A DNA stretch of 64,000 nucleotides, taken from NCBI GenBank assembly GCA_965199495.1, contig CBDASK010000003.1, forward strand, positions 2,848,001-2,912,000. The letters are read 5' to 3'. Below are positions 37,731 through 47,635 of the stretch, in pieces. The DNA comes from Abditibacterium sp. (lineage in GTDB: Bacteria; Armatimonadota; Abditibacteriia; Abditibacteriales; Abditibacteriaceae). Under the pieces are notes generated by a model, which saw only the letters and a list, made by a program, of their open reading frames with translations, was not told the origin of the DNA and did no database searches. Position 1 is the stretch's first letter. Every line of letters begins with the position of its first letter. The translations under genes and the position numbers were made by a program.

Positions 37731-38552
37731 TCAACTTTTGCCGCGCAAACGCACTTTCACGACCGACAGTGACTCGAACGGCACCGCCGGTTCGATTGTC
37801 GCCGATTGTTGCGAGGTGACGCGATTTTTCTCGACCGAGCGCACGCGGCCAATCACCAAGCCGGGCGGAAAAACCGCGCCGTTATCGCGCGCTAAGCCGC
37901 TCGATAAAACCGTGTCGCCCGCGCGCACATCGGCGTCGTAGGCGAGATAATCGAGGCGCGCGATGCGACTGCCATCGCCCACGACAACGCCCTGCGCGCC
38001 CGAACGTCCGACGCGCGCGCCCAACGCGCCCTCGCGGTCAATGATGAGCGTCACGACGCACGTCAGTTCGCCGACCTGCGTGACCTGCCCGACGACGCCC
38101 TGCGCGCTATAAGCCACGTCGCGCGTCTGCACGCCCTGCTGCGTGCCAACACCCAGTGTCAGGCGGCGCGAAAGCGGCGAAGTTTCGGACGAAACGACCG
38201 GCGCGAGGATTGAAACTCCGCCGGATAAATTGGGCATTTTCAGCAACGCGCGCAATTCTTCGTTTTCGCGGCTCAAACTCAAAAGCCGCGCGGTTTGCGC
38301 GCGCGTCTCGTCGAGTTCGGTTTGGAGCCGCGCGTTTTCTGAGGCCAGATCGTCGCGCCGCACGATGACGTGCCCGACATCGGTCAGATAGTTGCCGCCC
38401 GCGCGCAAACCGATTTGTAAGGGCGAAAGCGCCGTCGTCGCCACGCTATCGGGCAACGCCATCGCGCCGCGCCCGGCGGCGACGGTTTGCCAGCCGACCA
38501 AACCGAGCAGACAGGCGGCGCCCAAAGTCCAAGTCCAAGAAGAAATTCGCAT
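37731..38552 (-). CDS. mreC: Rod shape-determining protein MreC
   Basis: ENARL...ENEELRALL, GVVGQV, GDTVLSSG...FPPGLVIGRV. Confidence 0.93.
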   Translation of the reverse strand: MRISSWTWTLGAACLLGLVGWQTVAAGRGAMALPDSVATTALSPLQIGLRAGGNYLTDVGHVIVRRDDLASENARLQTELDETRAQTARLLSLSRENEELRALLKMPNLSGGVSILAPVVSSETSPLSRRLTLGVGTQQGVQTRDVAYSAQGVVGQVTQVGELTCVVTLIIDREGALGARVGRSGAQGVVVGDGSRIARLDYLAYDADVRAGDTVLSSGLARDNGAVFPPGLVIGRVRSVEKNRVTSQQSATIEPAVPFESLSVVKVRLRGKS

Positions 38553-38575
38553 AAATATCGCTGTTACTCTTGTAG

Positions 38576-38796
38576 AAAACTCAAGTTACCCGCTTCTACC
38601 TACGCTTGTCATTCTGAGCGCGGGCGCCCTCTGGGCAGCAGGCACGAACGCAGTCGAAGAATCCATAACTATGGATGAGGACGAAGCGAAGTCAACGCGC
38701 AATCTTTGGATTCTTCGACTGCGTTCGTGCCTGCTGCCCAGAGGGCGCCCGCGCTCAGAATGACAAGCGTAGGTAGAAGCGGGCAACTTGAGTTTT
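38576..38796. repeat. Long palindromic element, family A (~90-bp arms)
   Basis: Arms 38576-38665 / 38707-38796 with one mismatch; core gtcattctgagcg...gtcgaagaatcc. Confidence 0.9.
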
Positions 38797-38823
38797 TGTC
38801 GCGAGAAAAATTGCGCTCTTTTC

Positions 38824-39825
38824 TCAATCTTTCCAGCGTTCGAGCGCGCGGCCCGTTCCCAACGCCACGCACCACAACGGATTGGCGGCGATATGAACTG
38901 GCGTTTGCACCGCTTCGGAAATCGCCGTATCTAACCCGCGCAATAGCGCGCCGCCGCCCGCCAGCGTGATGCCGCGTTCGATGACATCCGATGTCAGTTC
39001 GGGCGGCGCGTTTTCCAAGGCGCTGCGCACCAATTCGATGATTTCGCGCACCGGGTCGGCGATGGCTTCGCGCAGTTCGCCCGTCGAAAGCGGCAGGGCC
39101 GTCGGTAAGCCGCTAATCAAGTGGCGACCGCGCACCGTGACCTGCGAATCGGGAATCACTTTGTGCGCGGAAGCCGCTTCCATTTTCAAGCGTTCGGCGG
39201 TGTTTTCGCCGACCAACAGATTATGTTGGTGGCGCAGATAAAAAGTGATAGCGTCGGTAATTTCGTCGCCCGCCGTGCGCGACGAAGCGCTGGCCACGAT
39301 GCCGCCCAGCGAAACCAGAGCGACTTCGGTCGTGCCACCGCCAATGTCCACGATCATCGAACCGACCGGTTCGTCAACCGGCAAATCGGCGCCAAAAGCG
39401 GCGGCCATCGGCTCTTCGATGATGCGCGCCGCGCGCGCGCCCGTGCGCGAAGCCGCGCCCATCACGGCACGCTTTTCGACTTCGGTGATGCCCGATGGAA
39501 CGCCGATCATAATGCGCGGCGAAGTGAAAGAGCGCCCGCGATGGACGCGCGTGATGAAATGTTTGAGCATTTCGCGCGCGACTTCAAAGTCGGCGATGAC
39601 GCCATTTTTGAGCGGGCGAATGGTAACGATATGCGACGGCGTGCGCCCGATCATGGCGCGCGCGTCTTCGCCGACGGCCACGATTTCGTTGCGCGTCTTG
39701 TCAATCGCCACGACCGATGGCTCCGACAAAACAACGCCGCGCTTTTGCACCCACACCAAAGTATTGGCGGTGCCCAGATCAATGCCGAGGTCTTGCGCGA
39801 AGCGTCCAAAAAAAGAAGGTAACAC
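38824..39825 (-). CDS. mreB: Rod shape-determining protein MreB
   Basis: GIDLGTANT, EPSVVA, VDIGGGTTE, LAGGGALL. Confidence 0.97.
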   Translation of the reverse strand: MLPSFFGRFAQDLGIDLGTANTLVWVQKRGVVLSEPSVVAIDKTRNEIVAVGEDARAMIGRTPSHIVTIRPLKNGVIADFEVAREMLKHFITRVHRGRSFTSPRIMIGVPSGITEVEKRAVMGAASRTGARAARIIEEPMAAAFGADLPVDEPVGSMIVDIGGGTTEVALVSLGGIVASASSRTAGDEITDAITFYLRHQHNLLVGENTAERLKMEAASAHKVIPDSQVTVRGRHLISGLPTALPLSTGELREAIADPVREIIELVRSALENAPPELTSDVIERGITLAGGGALLRGLDTAISEAVQTPVHIAANPLWCVALGTGRALERWKD

Positions 39826-39915
39826 GGATAAAAGCCGAAAATTGGCGCGCCTTTAGTTATGCTTGATTTTCAACTTCTTCGCGTGAAATTCGCTCAAAGA
39901 AACGCGGTTGCGCTC

Positions 39916-40308
39916 TTAATCCGCCGGAGAATCGCGATGGCGCGCGACAATTTTTTCTTCGTAATTCAAAATCGCTTCGAGGTTGGCCAAACGCTCGTCC
40001 ATTTCTCGGATTGTTTTCGTTTCCGAAACCGAAGCAGCGCCCCGAATTTCGCCTTCGGAACCGCTATTCCACGCCCAGAACAACGCGCCAGCCACGCCGA
40101 CGCCCATCGCGACCAACGCGGATATCGGATTGACAAGCGCCAAAAAGTAGGTGATGGCGCACAGCGCGCCGATGCCCAAAATTCGCCACGTAGATTTGGC
40201 GCGTTGACGTTGACGCGCCGCCGAACGCTCGATCACTTCCAATTGCTGTGCGGGCGTCAGGTGCAGATGATTCCGCAATAAATTTAACGTGTGTTCGTGT
40301 TGGTTCAT
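39916..40308 (-). CDS. Small membrane protein with PspB-like C-terminal coiled coil
   Basis: Two TM helices followed by IREMDERLANLEAIL; SD AGGGAG. Confidence 0.6.
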   Translation of the reverse strand: MNQHEHTLNLLRNHLHLTPAQQLEVIERSAARQRQRAKSTWRILGIGALCAITYFLALVNPISALVAMGVGVAGALFWAWNSGSEGEIRGAASVSETKTIREMDERLANLEAILNYEEKIVARHRDSPAD

Positions 40309-40363
40309 GGCCACTCCCTGATTTAGGATGAGCGGCCTTCGGGCCGCTTCATTCGCGAGTTTA

Positions 40364-40948
40364 TCAATTCCAACTTGCTTCGATAGGGACTCCAAACTCG
40401 CGCAGCATCGCCGCCAATCGAAAGAGTGGCAAACCCACGACATTCCAGTAATCGCCCTCAATTTTGGTGACGAGCAACGCGCCTTTGCCCTGCGCGCCAT
40501 AGGAGCCAGCTTTATCCAACGGCTCGCCGGTTTTGACATAAGCCGCGATGAATTCATCGGAGAAATCGCCGAAAGTTACGCGAGTCATTTCATGCGCGCT
40601 TTCGATGCGCGCGCCCTGTTGTAGGCAAACACCCGAATAAACCCGATGAGTTTTACCGCGCAAACGCCGCAGCATCGCGGCGGCGTGGCTGCTATCGGCG
40701 GGCTTGCCCAAAATTTCGTTGTCAATTACTACAACCGTGTCGGCGGCGATAATCAAATCGTCGCTTTTAACTTTAATGGCGCCCGCTTTCAGGCGCGCCA
40801 ATCGTTCCACAAAGGCGCCGGGATTGCGGCCATCTTCGAGTGTCGGCGCGGGTTCATCGGCGGGCGAAGGACAAACGGTGAAATCTAAACCGAGCGCGCT
40901 CAAAAGTTGCGAGCGGCGCGGTGAAGCCGAGGCGAGGATAATTTTCAT
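40364..40948 (-). CDS. maf: Maf nucleotide pyrophosphatase
   Basis: ILASASPRR, IAADTVV, ILGKP, DKAGSYGAQG, NVVGLP. Confidence 0.96.
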   Translation of the reverse strand: MKIILASASPRRSQLLSALGLDFTVCPSPADEPAPTLEDGRNPGAFVERLARLKAGAIKVKSDDLIIAADTVVVIDNEILGKPADSSHAAAMLRRLRGKTHRVYSGVCLQQGARIESAHEMTRVTFGDFSDEFIAAYVKTGEPLDKAGSYGAQGKGALLVTKIEGDYWNVVGLPLFRLAAMLREFGVPIEASWN

Positions 40949-41029
40949 ACAAAAAAAGGCTGAAGCACAAAGTTAAAATGCGGGCGAAACCCGATTTTTC
41001 CTTTATCCTTCAGCCTTAACCCCTTCCTT

Positions 41030-41112
<83 letters not shown>

Positions 41113-41220
41113 GTCGCACCAATTGGGTGCCATCAAGGTATAAAGCGAATCGCGCCAATCGTCAAGCGGAAAAGCGGGGAATTTAAAATTTTGGGGGTTA
41201 GACCGAGGCGCTTCGCTTCG

Positions 41221-41296
41221 AGCGGGGCTAACGCACCCTTCCAATCAGTAGAGTTCTTCGAGAAAATATCGATTGGAAGGGTGCGTCAGCCCCGCT
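41221..41296. repeat. REP doublet, family C
   Basis: agcggggctaacgcacccttccaatc...gattggaagggtgcgtcagccccgct; preceded by ggcgcttcgcttcg as at 37620. Confidence 0.9.
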
Positions 41297-41326
41297 ATTT
41301 AAGTTGCCAGCGACAGACAAAAGGCA

Positions 41327-42433
41327 TCACTCGTCTTCCAACAACTGTTTGAGTTGGGCCAGCGAGCGGCGCATCAAACGCGAGATGTGCATTTGCGAAA
41401 CGTTCATCTGGCGCGCGATTTCGGATTGGGAATGGCCATCGAAAAAGCTCAACTCCAAAACGCGACGCTCCTGCGCTTGCAATTTTTCGAGGGCGGCTTG
41501 CAACGCGGCGTGTTCTTCGTAGGCGTGCAAGTTCGGATCGGGCGCGCCGACCGATTCGGCGATGGTGGCGCTCTCTTCGCCATAAAAACGGTCGTCAATC
41601 GAAATCGGATCAATGGCGCTGCCCAGTTCCATTGCTTCGACGACCTGCTCGACCTCGATTTTTAGGCTGAACGCGATTTCGGCGTAGGTTGGCGAGCGGT
41701 CGAGTTGTTGGGTGAGTTCTTCGATGCGAATTTGCAGCGCGGTGTGCAACTCCTGCAAACCGCGCGGCACGCGCATGCCGGAAACTTTGTCGCGAAAATA
41801 ACGCCGAATTTCGCCCGAAATCGTGGGAATCGCGAACGTCGAAAACTTGACGCCACGCGCCGGATCGTAGCCATCCAACGCGTAAATCAGGCCGAGCATA
41901 CCGACTTGCATTACATCTTCAAACAGCTCACCTCGATCCATGAAACGGCGCGCCAAAAACATCACCATGCTGCGATTCATCAGAATCAAGCGCTCGCGCA
42001 AACGCGGATCGTTGGTCGCTTTCCACCGCACGAAAATCCGCTCGAACTCGGCGTAATCTTCCTCTTTGGCATCGCTCTTGACCGGCTGTTCCGCGCTCAC
42101 CGACGGCTCATCTTCCGCATCTATATCTTCGGTTTCCTCGGTTTCTTCTTCCTCTTCGGTCAGTCCCAAATAGTTTGTCGTGACCGGTTCGGTTTCAGCA
42201 GCCACGGCGTCCGTTTCGTCCGGCGCCATCGTTAAATCTAAAACCTTTTCGCTCTCGATAATTTCTTCGTTTGCTTCGAGTTCTTGCGCGTCTTGCAAAT
42301 CGTAATTTTCCGCTTGCAGAGCCGATTCCTGTTCTCTGCGTTCGCGCAGGGCGTCTTCGTGTGCGCGTGCCGAAGCCGACAATTTCGCATCGAAATCGCT
42401 GCTGTGAATGGGGCGCGGAAGGGGAATATTCAC
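41327..42433 (-). CDS. sigB: SigB/SigF-family sigma factor with long acidic N-terminal extension
   Basis: EDVMQVGMLGLI, YDPARGVKFSTFAIPTISGEIRRYFRD, SQSEIA..MNVSQMHISRL. Confidence 0.9.
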   Translation of the reverse strand: MNIPLPRPIHSSDFDAKLSASARAHEDALRERREQESALQAENYDLQDAQELEANEEIIESEKVLDLTMAPDETDAVAAETEPVTTNYLGLTEEEEETEETEDIDAEDEPSVSAEQPVKSDAKEEDYAEFERIFVRWKATNDPRLRERLILMNRSMVMFLARRFMDRGELFEDVMQVGMLGLIYALDGYDPARGVKFSTFAIPTISGEIRRYFRDKVSGMRVPRGLQELHTALQIRIEELTQQLDRSPTYAEIAFSLKIEVEQVVEAMELGSAIDPISIDDRFYGEESATIAESVGAPDPNLHAYEEHAALQAALEKLQAQERRVLELSFFDGHSQSEIARQMNVSQMHISRLMRRSLAQLKQLLEDE

Positions 42434-42457
42434 GGAAATAAATCTAAAATTTGAAAT

Positions 42458-42973
42458 CTAACGATTAACGGATGGGCGGCGCGCGCCAATCGGGCCGCCG
42501 TGGCTGTTGGGCACGCGCTTGAACATGCGAACCACGGTATCGCGGGTCGGGCCGCTTTGATGATCCACTTCGTCCATCAAAGAACGAATCAACAGCAGGC
42601 CCAAACCGCCTTCGGGCAGTTCGTCGGCCCAGTTGGCGCTGATCACGGGCAACGCGTCCTGCAAGTGGCCTTGATCCACGATTTCAATCCAAAGTCCCTG
42701 CGAGGAAGTTTTGATGACAATCGAAATCGTCGGCTGCTCGCCCGGCGCGGGCCGCAATGGCGCGTGTTGAATCGCGTTATTAATCGCTTCGGTGACGGCG
42801 AGTTTGATGTCTTCGACGGCGTCAACGGGAAACGGCAGACGCGACGCGACGCCCGCCACGGTGAGGCGCGCAACGCGCACCCATTCGCTGCTGGAAGGAA
42901 TGGTCAGCTCGATACGCGAAATTTCGCCCTGCTCATCGGCGGCGGAAATGGAATCGGAAGTGGAGTCGCTCAT
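42458..42973 (-). CDS. rsbW: Anti-sigma factor kinase (RsbW-like)
   Basis: DIKLAVTEAINNAIQHA, DQG, EGGLGLLLIRSLMDEV. Confidence 0.92.
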   Translation of the reverse strand: MSDSTSDSISAADEQGEISRIELTIPSSSEWVRVARLTVAGVASRLPFPVDAVEDIKLAVTEAINNAIQHAPLRPAPGEQPTISIVIKTSSQGLWIEIVDQGHLQDALPVISANWADELPEGGLGLLLIRSLMDEVDHQSGPTRDTVVRMFKRVPNSHGGPIGARRPSVNR

Positions 42974-43398
42974 GAGGATTCTCGTGAAGTTAGAGCCGCG
43001 TCCACCAGGGATTGTGGCGCCGGAGCGGAGTTTTCGCTGGTTTCAAACGCCGCGAGCGCTTCTTCGCGCGTCTTGAAAAGCGGCAACGCGCCGATCAATC
43101 CGGTGATTTCAAAGACGCGACAAACGCGCGCTTGCGGACTGCAAAATTGCAGCGCTCCCCCGGCTTCGCGCGCGCGTTTGAGCGCGCCAACCAGCACGCC
43201 CACGCCCGTCGAATCGAGAAAGGTTACGCCGTTTAAATCAATAACAATGCGCGGCGGCGCCTGACTTTCGATGGCGCGGATAGCTTCGGCGCGCAGTTGC
43301 GGCGCGCTGTGTAAATCGAGTTCTCCCGCGACCTCGATGATCGTCGCGCCCTCGCCAGAATGGGCCACCGGAGGGCGGGTTCGCAGCCGTAAATCCAT
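42970..43398 (-). CDS. rsbV: STAS anti-anti-sigma factor (RsbV-like)
   Basis: GELDLHSAPQLR, VTFLDSTGVGVLV, FEITGL. Confidence 0.92.
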   Translation of the reverse strand: MDLRLRTRPPVAHSGEGATIIEVAGELDLHSAPQLRAEAIRAIESQAPPRIVIDLNGVTFLDSTGVGVLVGALKRAREAGGALQFCSPQARVCRVFEITGLIGALPLFKTREEALAAFETSENSAPAPQSLVDAALTSRESS

Positions 43399-43480
43399 GC
43401 GTCACAGTGTAGTCAAACCAAAAATTTTTGCCACAAAAGCGCTTAACAATTTCGGATAGGTTTGGAGGAAAGCGCTGGGT

Positions 43481-44806
43481 TTATTCCCTCTCCGAATCTC
43501 GCCGCTCGCGCATGCGGCGCGCGATTTTGGCTTCGACTCCGTTTTCGGTCGGCTCATAAAATGGGGGATGCTCGAACTCGGCGGGCAGATACTCCTGCGC
43601 GACGTAGTTTTGCGCGTAATCGTGCGGATACAAATAGCCTTTTCCGGCGCCGGTTTCTTTGGCGCCTTTGAGCGCAGTCGAGCGCAAATGCGGCGGCACG
43701 CGAATCGGCGCGCCCTGCGCGACGGCGGCTTTGGCGCGTTGCATCCCAAGATAAGCCGCGTTCGATTTGGGCGCGCACGCCAGATACGTCGTCGCGTGCG
43801 CGAGCGGAATCGCGGCTTCGGGCATTCCGATTTTCTCCACCGCGTTCAATGCAGCCACGGCGACGACCAAGCCCTGCGGATCGGCGTTGCCTACGTCTTC
43901 GCTGGCCGCGATAACCAAGCGTCGCGCCACGAACATCGGGTCTTCGCCGCCTTCGAGCATCCGCATCATCCAATATAAGGCCGCGTCGGGGTCGCTGCCT
44001 CGGATGGATTTGATATACGCCGAAATCGTGTCGTAATGCGCGTCACCGCGCAAGTCGTAATTCAAGGCGCGTTTGCCCAACGCCGACTGCGCGTTTTCCA
44101 AAGTTAAGCGTCCATCGCGCGCCAAATCCGCCGCCATCTCCAAAGCGCCCAGCGCCAGACGCGCATCGCCTGCCGCGCCCCACGCGATATAATCGAGCGC
44201 CTCGTCATCGGCGCGCAAATTCAACGATTGCAAACCGCGTTCGTCGGATAACGCGCGTTTCAATAATTCCAACAAATCGCTGTCTTGGAGCGGTTCAAAA
44301 GCGAACATTCGACAGCGCGACAAGAGCGGCCCGTTCAATGCGGCGAGCGGATTTTCGGTTGTGGCGCCCAAAAGCGTCAACGTGCCATCTTCGACGTGCG
44401 GCAAAAACGCATCTTGTTGCGCGCGATTGAAGCGGTGAATTTCGTCCACGAACAACAGCGTACGCTGCGGGATTTTGCGCCGCGTGCGGGCGGCTTCGAC
44501 GATCTTGCGCACATCAGCCACGCCGCCGGTGATGGCCGAAAATTCCTCGAAATGCGATTGAGTTAAGGTCGCCAGCAAACGCGCGAGCGTGGTTTTGCCG
44601 ACACCGGCGGGGCCATAAAATATCGCCGACGGCACGCGATCCGACTGCGCGGCGCGCCGTAATGGCGCATCGGGGCCGATCAAATGCCCTTGCCCGACGA
44701 ATTCATCGAAGTTTCGCGGGCGAAGTCGCGCGGCGAGCGGCGCGTTATCGGGCGGCGTGGCTGGTGTTGCGCTCAGGTTGATTTCGGCGTCATCGAATAA
44801 GTTCAT
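43481..44806 (-). CDS. rarA: Replication-associated recombination protein A (MgsA)
   Basis: PLAARLRP, GPAGVGKTT, VDEIHRFNRAQQD, ATTENP, SIRGSDPDAALY, ASEDVGNADP. Confidence 0.97.
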   Translation of the reverse strand: MNLFDDAEINLSATPATPPDNAPLAARLRPRNFDEFVGQGHLIGPDAPLRRAAQSDRVPSAIFYGPAGVGKTTLARLLATLTQSHFEEFSAITGGVADVRKIVEAARTRRKIPQRTLLFVDEIHRFNRAQQDAFLPHVEDGTLTLLGATTENPLAALNGPLLSRCRMFAFEPLQDSDLLELLKRALSDERGLQSLNLRADDEALDYIAWGAAGDARLALGALEMAADLARDGRLTLENAQSALGKRALNYDLRGDAHYDTISAYIKSIRGSDPDAALYWMMRMLEGGEDPMFVARRLVIAASEDVGNADPQGLVVAVAALNAVEKIGMPEAAIPLAHATTYLACAPKSNAAYLGMQRAKAAVAQGAPIRVPPHLRSTALKGAKETGAGKGYLYPHDYAQNYVAQEYLPAEFEHPPFYEPTENGVEAKIARRMRERRDSERE

Positions 44807-44819
44807 CGAGATGAAAATC

Positions 44820-44915
44820 GTAGAGACGCCGATTTATCGCGTCTGAGACGTGAAGGAACCCGTCAAATTTTGCGGGAGTTTCAACGTTTGAGACGCGATA
44901 AATCGGCGTCTCTAC
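44820..44915. repeat. GTAG-type REP doublet, family B; spacer near-identical to the reverse complement of the 1643 copy's spacer
   Basis: gaacccgtcaaattttgcgggagtttcaacgttt versus aaacgttgaaactcctgcaaaatttgacgggttc. Confidence 0.9.
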
Positions 44916-44918
44916 GGG

Positions 44919-46118
44919 TTATTTCGAGCCAGCTTTCCAATTGAAGCCGAAACCAAAGCGTTGGTCGGCCTCCATGTGGCCCTTGAAATATTGTTCTTCC
45001 TTGGTAATTTCGATATGTCCGCCGACGCTGCGAACCGTCGCGACGGCGCAAAAGCCCAGACCGCGTTCGGGCGCGCCCAGACGAATTGTAATTTCGTTGC
45101 CGCTCTGGTCTTTGAGCGTGACACGTCCGCCCACCGAAGTGAAATCGGGCGCGCCCTCGTAAATCAGCGCGAAAATCATGACCAATTCGATTTCGTCGGG
45201 CCGAAAAATCGTCAGGTTCTCGCCGTCCTGCGCGGCGCCGGAACGGTCGTCTTTGTCGAGATAGATGAACGGCTCGCTATTTTGCGAACCGAAATAATTG
45301 CCCAACGGTTGAATCACGCCGCTACGCCCGTTTTTGAGGCGAAACATACAACCCAAATCCAAATCGGGCGCGCTGCCGGTGAGCGAGGCCAGAAATCCTT
45401 TTTTTGCGGGCGCTTCCCAATTCAAATTGACGTAAACCGGCTGCACGCCGCCGCCTTTTTGCAGGCTAATCGCCGCTTTTTCGCCCTTCTTATCGAGCGT
45501 GACTTTGCCCAGATTTACCTTCGACGGCGCCGCCGTGGCTGCTGGCGGCGGCGCAACTGGCGTTGGCGGCGCAACTGGCGCGCTCGGCGCCGTGCCCAAT
45601 TCTTCGCCACCGAAATTCTTCAACAGCGCCGATAATCCGCCCGCGAAACCTTGGCCGACGGCAGCTAATCGCCACACGTCTTTCTTATAAATTTCGGCGA
45701 CAATGACGGCTTTTTCCGCGCCAAAATCGGATCCAGCGAACGGAAAACGCGCGATCTCTTGGCCGCCTGCTTCCAACCGAAAATAGCCGCTTTGCAGCGA
45801 TTTCATTTCGCCCGTGCCGTCAACGGTCAAGGCGAAAACCAATTTTTGAATTGACGCGGGCAGTTTGGTTAAATCGATCTCAAAAGTCTCGGCGTCACCG
45901 CTGTGCGAGCCGACCATGCGCAACGCGCCTTCGGGCGAAGTGCGCTGATTATAAAAAACGAAATAGCGGTCGTCGGAGAGTTGGCCCTGATCGTCCACGC
46001 CAAAACACGAAATATCGAACGATAACGCCGCCGATTGCGCGCCAATTCCGGCGCACAGTTGCAACGATTGAGTGAGATCAGCCAATTTAATTTTCTGGCC
46101 GCGCATCAATTGGGGCAT
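44919..46118 (-). CDS. TerD domain + TerA-like C-terminal domain protein
   Basis: N-terminal TerD closely similar to the 1753 gene; C-terminal VNLNW, DLDLGC, VIQPLG, LDKDDRSG, GENL. Confidence 0.85.
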   Translation of the reverse strand: MPQLMRGQKIKLADLTQSLQLCAGIGAQSAALSFDISCFGVDDQGQLSDDRYFVFYNQRTSPEGALRMVGSHSGDAETFEIDLTKLPASIQKLVFALTVDGTGEMKSLQSGYFRLEAGGQEIARFPFAGSDFGAEKAVIVAEIYKKDVWRLAAVGQGFAGGLSALLKNFGGEELGTAPSAPVAPPTPVAPPPAATAAPSKVNLGKVTLDKKGEKAAISLQKGGGVQPVYVNLNWEAPAKKGFLASLTGSAPDLDLGCMFRLKNGRSGVIQPLGNYFGSQNSEPFIYLDKDDRSGAAQDGENLTIFRPDEIELVMIFALIYEGAPDFTSVGGRVTLKDQSGNEITIRLGAPERGLGFCAVATVRSVGGHIEITKEEQYFKGHMEADQRFGFGFNWKAGSK

Positions 46119-46128
46119 GATGTTTTTG

Positions 46129-46250
46129 GGTGACAAGTGTCAGGTGGCAAGTGACAAAGCGAATCTGGCGAACGCGCGTAGGCTTGCTTTTACAATTTCG
46201 TGTGCTATATGCTTCGCGTGATTGTTACTTGCCACCTGACACTTGTCACC
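46129..46250. repeat. Inverted heptamer-array element (GTGRCAA/G type), gene-less
   Basis: 29-bp arms with one mismatch around a 64-bp core homologous to 58283-58345. Confidence 0.9.
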
Positions 46251-46826
46251 TTAAATATGGACGCCAAAGTTTTGGGCGAGCGGGCCTAAGCCACCGGCAA
46301 AGCCTTGACCGACGGCGCGGAATTTCCATTCGCCCGCGTTGCGATAAACCTCGCCGAAAATCATCGCGGTTTCGGTTGAGGCGTCCTCGCTCAAATCGTA
46401 GCGCACGATTTCGTTGTTGGTTTCGACATTGACCACGCGAATAAACGCTTCGGCGACCTGACCGAAATTTTGTCCGCGCGCTTGCGCCTCGTGAATCGTG
46501 ACCGTAAAAGCCAACTTGAAAATATCCGCCGAAATGTTGGCCAGATCAACGATGATGGATTCGTCGTCGCCTTCGCCTTCGCCGGTCAAGTTATCGCCGG
46601 TATGTTGGACGGTGCCATCGGGCGTTTGCAGTTGGTTATAAAAAATGAAATCGGCATCCGAACGGACTTTGCCGGTTTCGCCCGTCAAAAAACACGAAGC
46701 GTCCAAGTCGAAATCGGCGCCTTCGGTCTGGCGCACGTCCCAGCCCAGACCGACGCTAATCTTCTTCAAACCCGGATCGGATTTGGTGAGCGACAAATTG
46801 CCGCCTTTGTTAAGTGAAATAGCCAT
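46251..46826 (-). CDS. terD: TerD family protein
   Basis: [49 protein letters not shown]. Confidence 0.95.
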   Translation of the reverse strand: MAISLNKGGNLSLTKSDPGLKKISVGLGWDVRQTEGADFDLDASCFLTGETGKVRSDADFIFYNQLQTPDGTVQHTGDNLTGEGEGDDESIIVDLANISADIFKLAFTVTIHEAQARGQNFGQVAEAFIRVVNVETNNEIVRYDLSEDASTETAMIFGEVYRNAGEWKFRAVGQGFAGGLGPLAQNFGVHI

Positions 46827-46833
46827 TATCTTG

Positions 46834-46935
46834 AGGAACAAGGGACAAGGGACAGGGAACAAGAAGGGAACTCGCAATTGATCTGCGCAGGTCTTAATTT
46901 CTGACCTTGTCCCTTGTTCCCTGTCCCTTGCTCCT
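46834..46935. repeat. Inverted heptamer-array element (GGAACAA/GGGACAA type)
   Basis: 4 units, spacer, 4 inverted units; fills the terD-terD intergenic region. Confidence 0.85.
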
Positions 46936-46940
46936 TTAAA

Positions 46941-47516
46941 TTAAATCGAAACTCCGAAGTTGCGCGCGAGCGGGCCTAAGCCACCGGCGAAACCTTGTCC
47001 AATCGCTTTGAACTTCCATTCGCCCGAATTGCGATAAATTTCGCCGAAAATCATCGCGGTTTCGGTCGAGGCGTCTTCGCTCAAATCGTAGCGCGCGATT
47101 TCGGCGCCGGTGTCGTCGTTGACCACGCGCATGAACGCGTTGGAAACCATGCCGAAGTTCTGATTGCGCGCATCGGCTTCATGAATCGTGACAGCGACCG
47201 ACAACTTCGCCACATCGGCGGGCACGCTGTCGAGCATGACTTTGACTTGCTCATCGTCGCCATCGCCCGCGCCAGTCAGATTGTCGCCCTGATGCTCGAC
47301 CGAATGGGCGGCGTCGGTTTTGTTGTTGTAGAAAATAAAATCGGCGTCGGAGCGGACTTTACTGGCTTCGGTCAGCAAAAAGACCGAAGCGTCCAAATCG
47401 AAATCGGTGCCATCGGTGGCGCGCGTGTCCCAACCCAGACCAATCGCGATTTTTTTGAGGCCCGGCGCCTCTTTGGACAATGAGACGTTGCCGCCTTTGG
47501 AAAGTGAAACTGCCAT
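46941..47516 (-). CDS. terD: TerD/TerE family protein
   Basis: [47 protein letters not shown]. Confidence 0.95.
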   Translation of the reverse strand: MAVSLSKGGNVSLSKEAPGLKKIAIGLGWDTRATDGTDFDLDASVFLLTEASKVRSDADFIFYNNKTDAAHSVEHQGDNLTGAGDGDDEQVKVMLDSVPADVAKLSVAVTIHEADARNQNFGMVSNAFMRVVNDDTGAEIARYDLSEDASTETAMIFGEIYRNSGEWKFKAIGQGFAGGLGPLARNFGVSI

Positions 47517-47635
47517 AATTTTGTTTTGTTAACTCCTGTGAAATTTTCTCCGCTCCCTTGTCGGCGGGAAGTCGCGCCGGATAAGTGCGATTTACGCGCC
47601 GCCAGTTTCGATAATTGATTAAGCCTTATCAACAA

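Noticed and set aside
46251..47516. Long shared nucleotide stretches between the adjacent terD genes
   Set aside because: Explained by the normal high conservation of tandem TerD/TerE paralogues.
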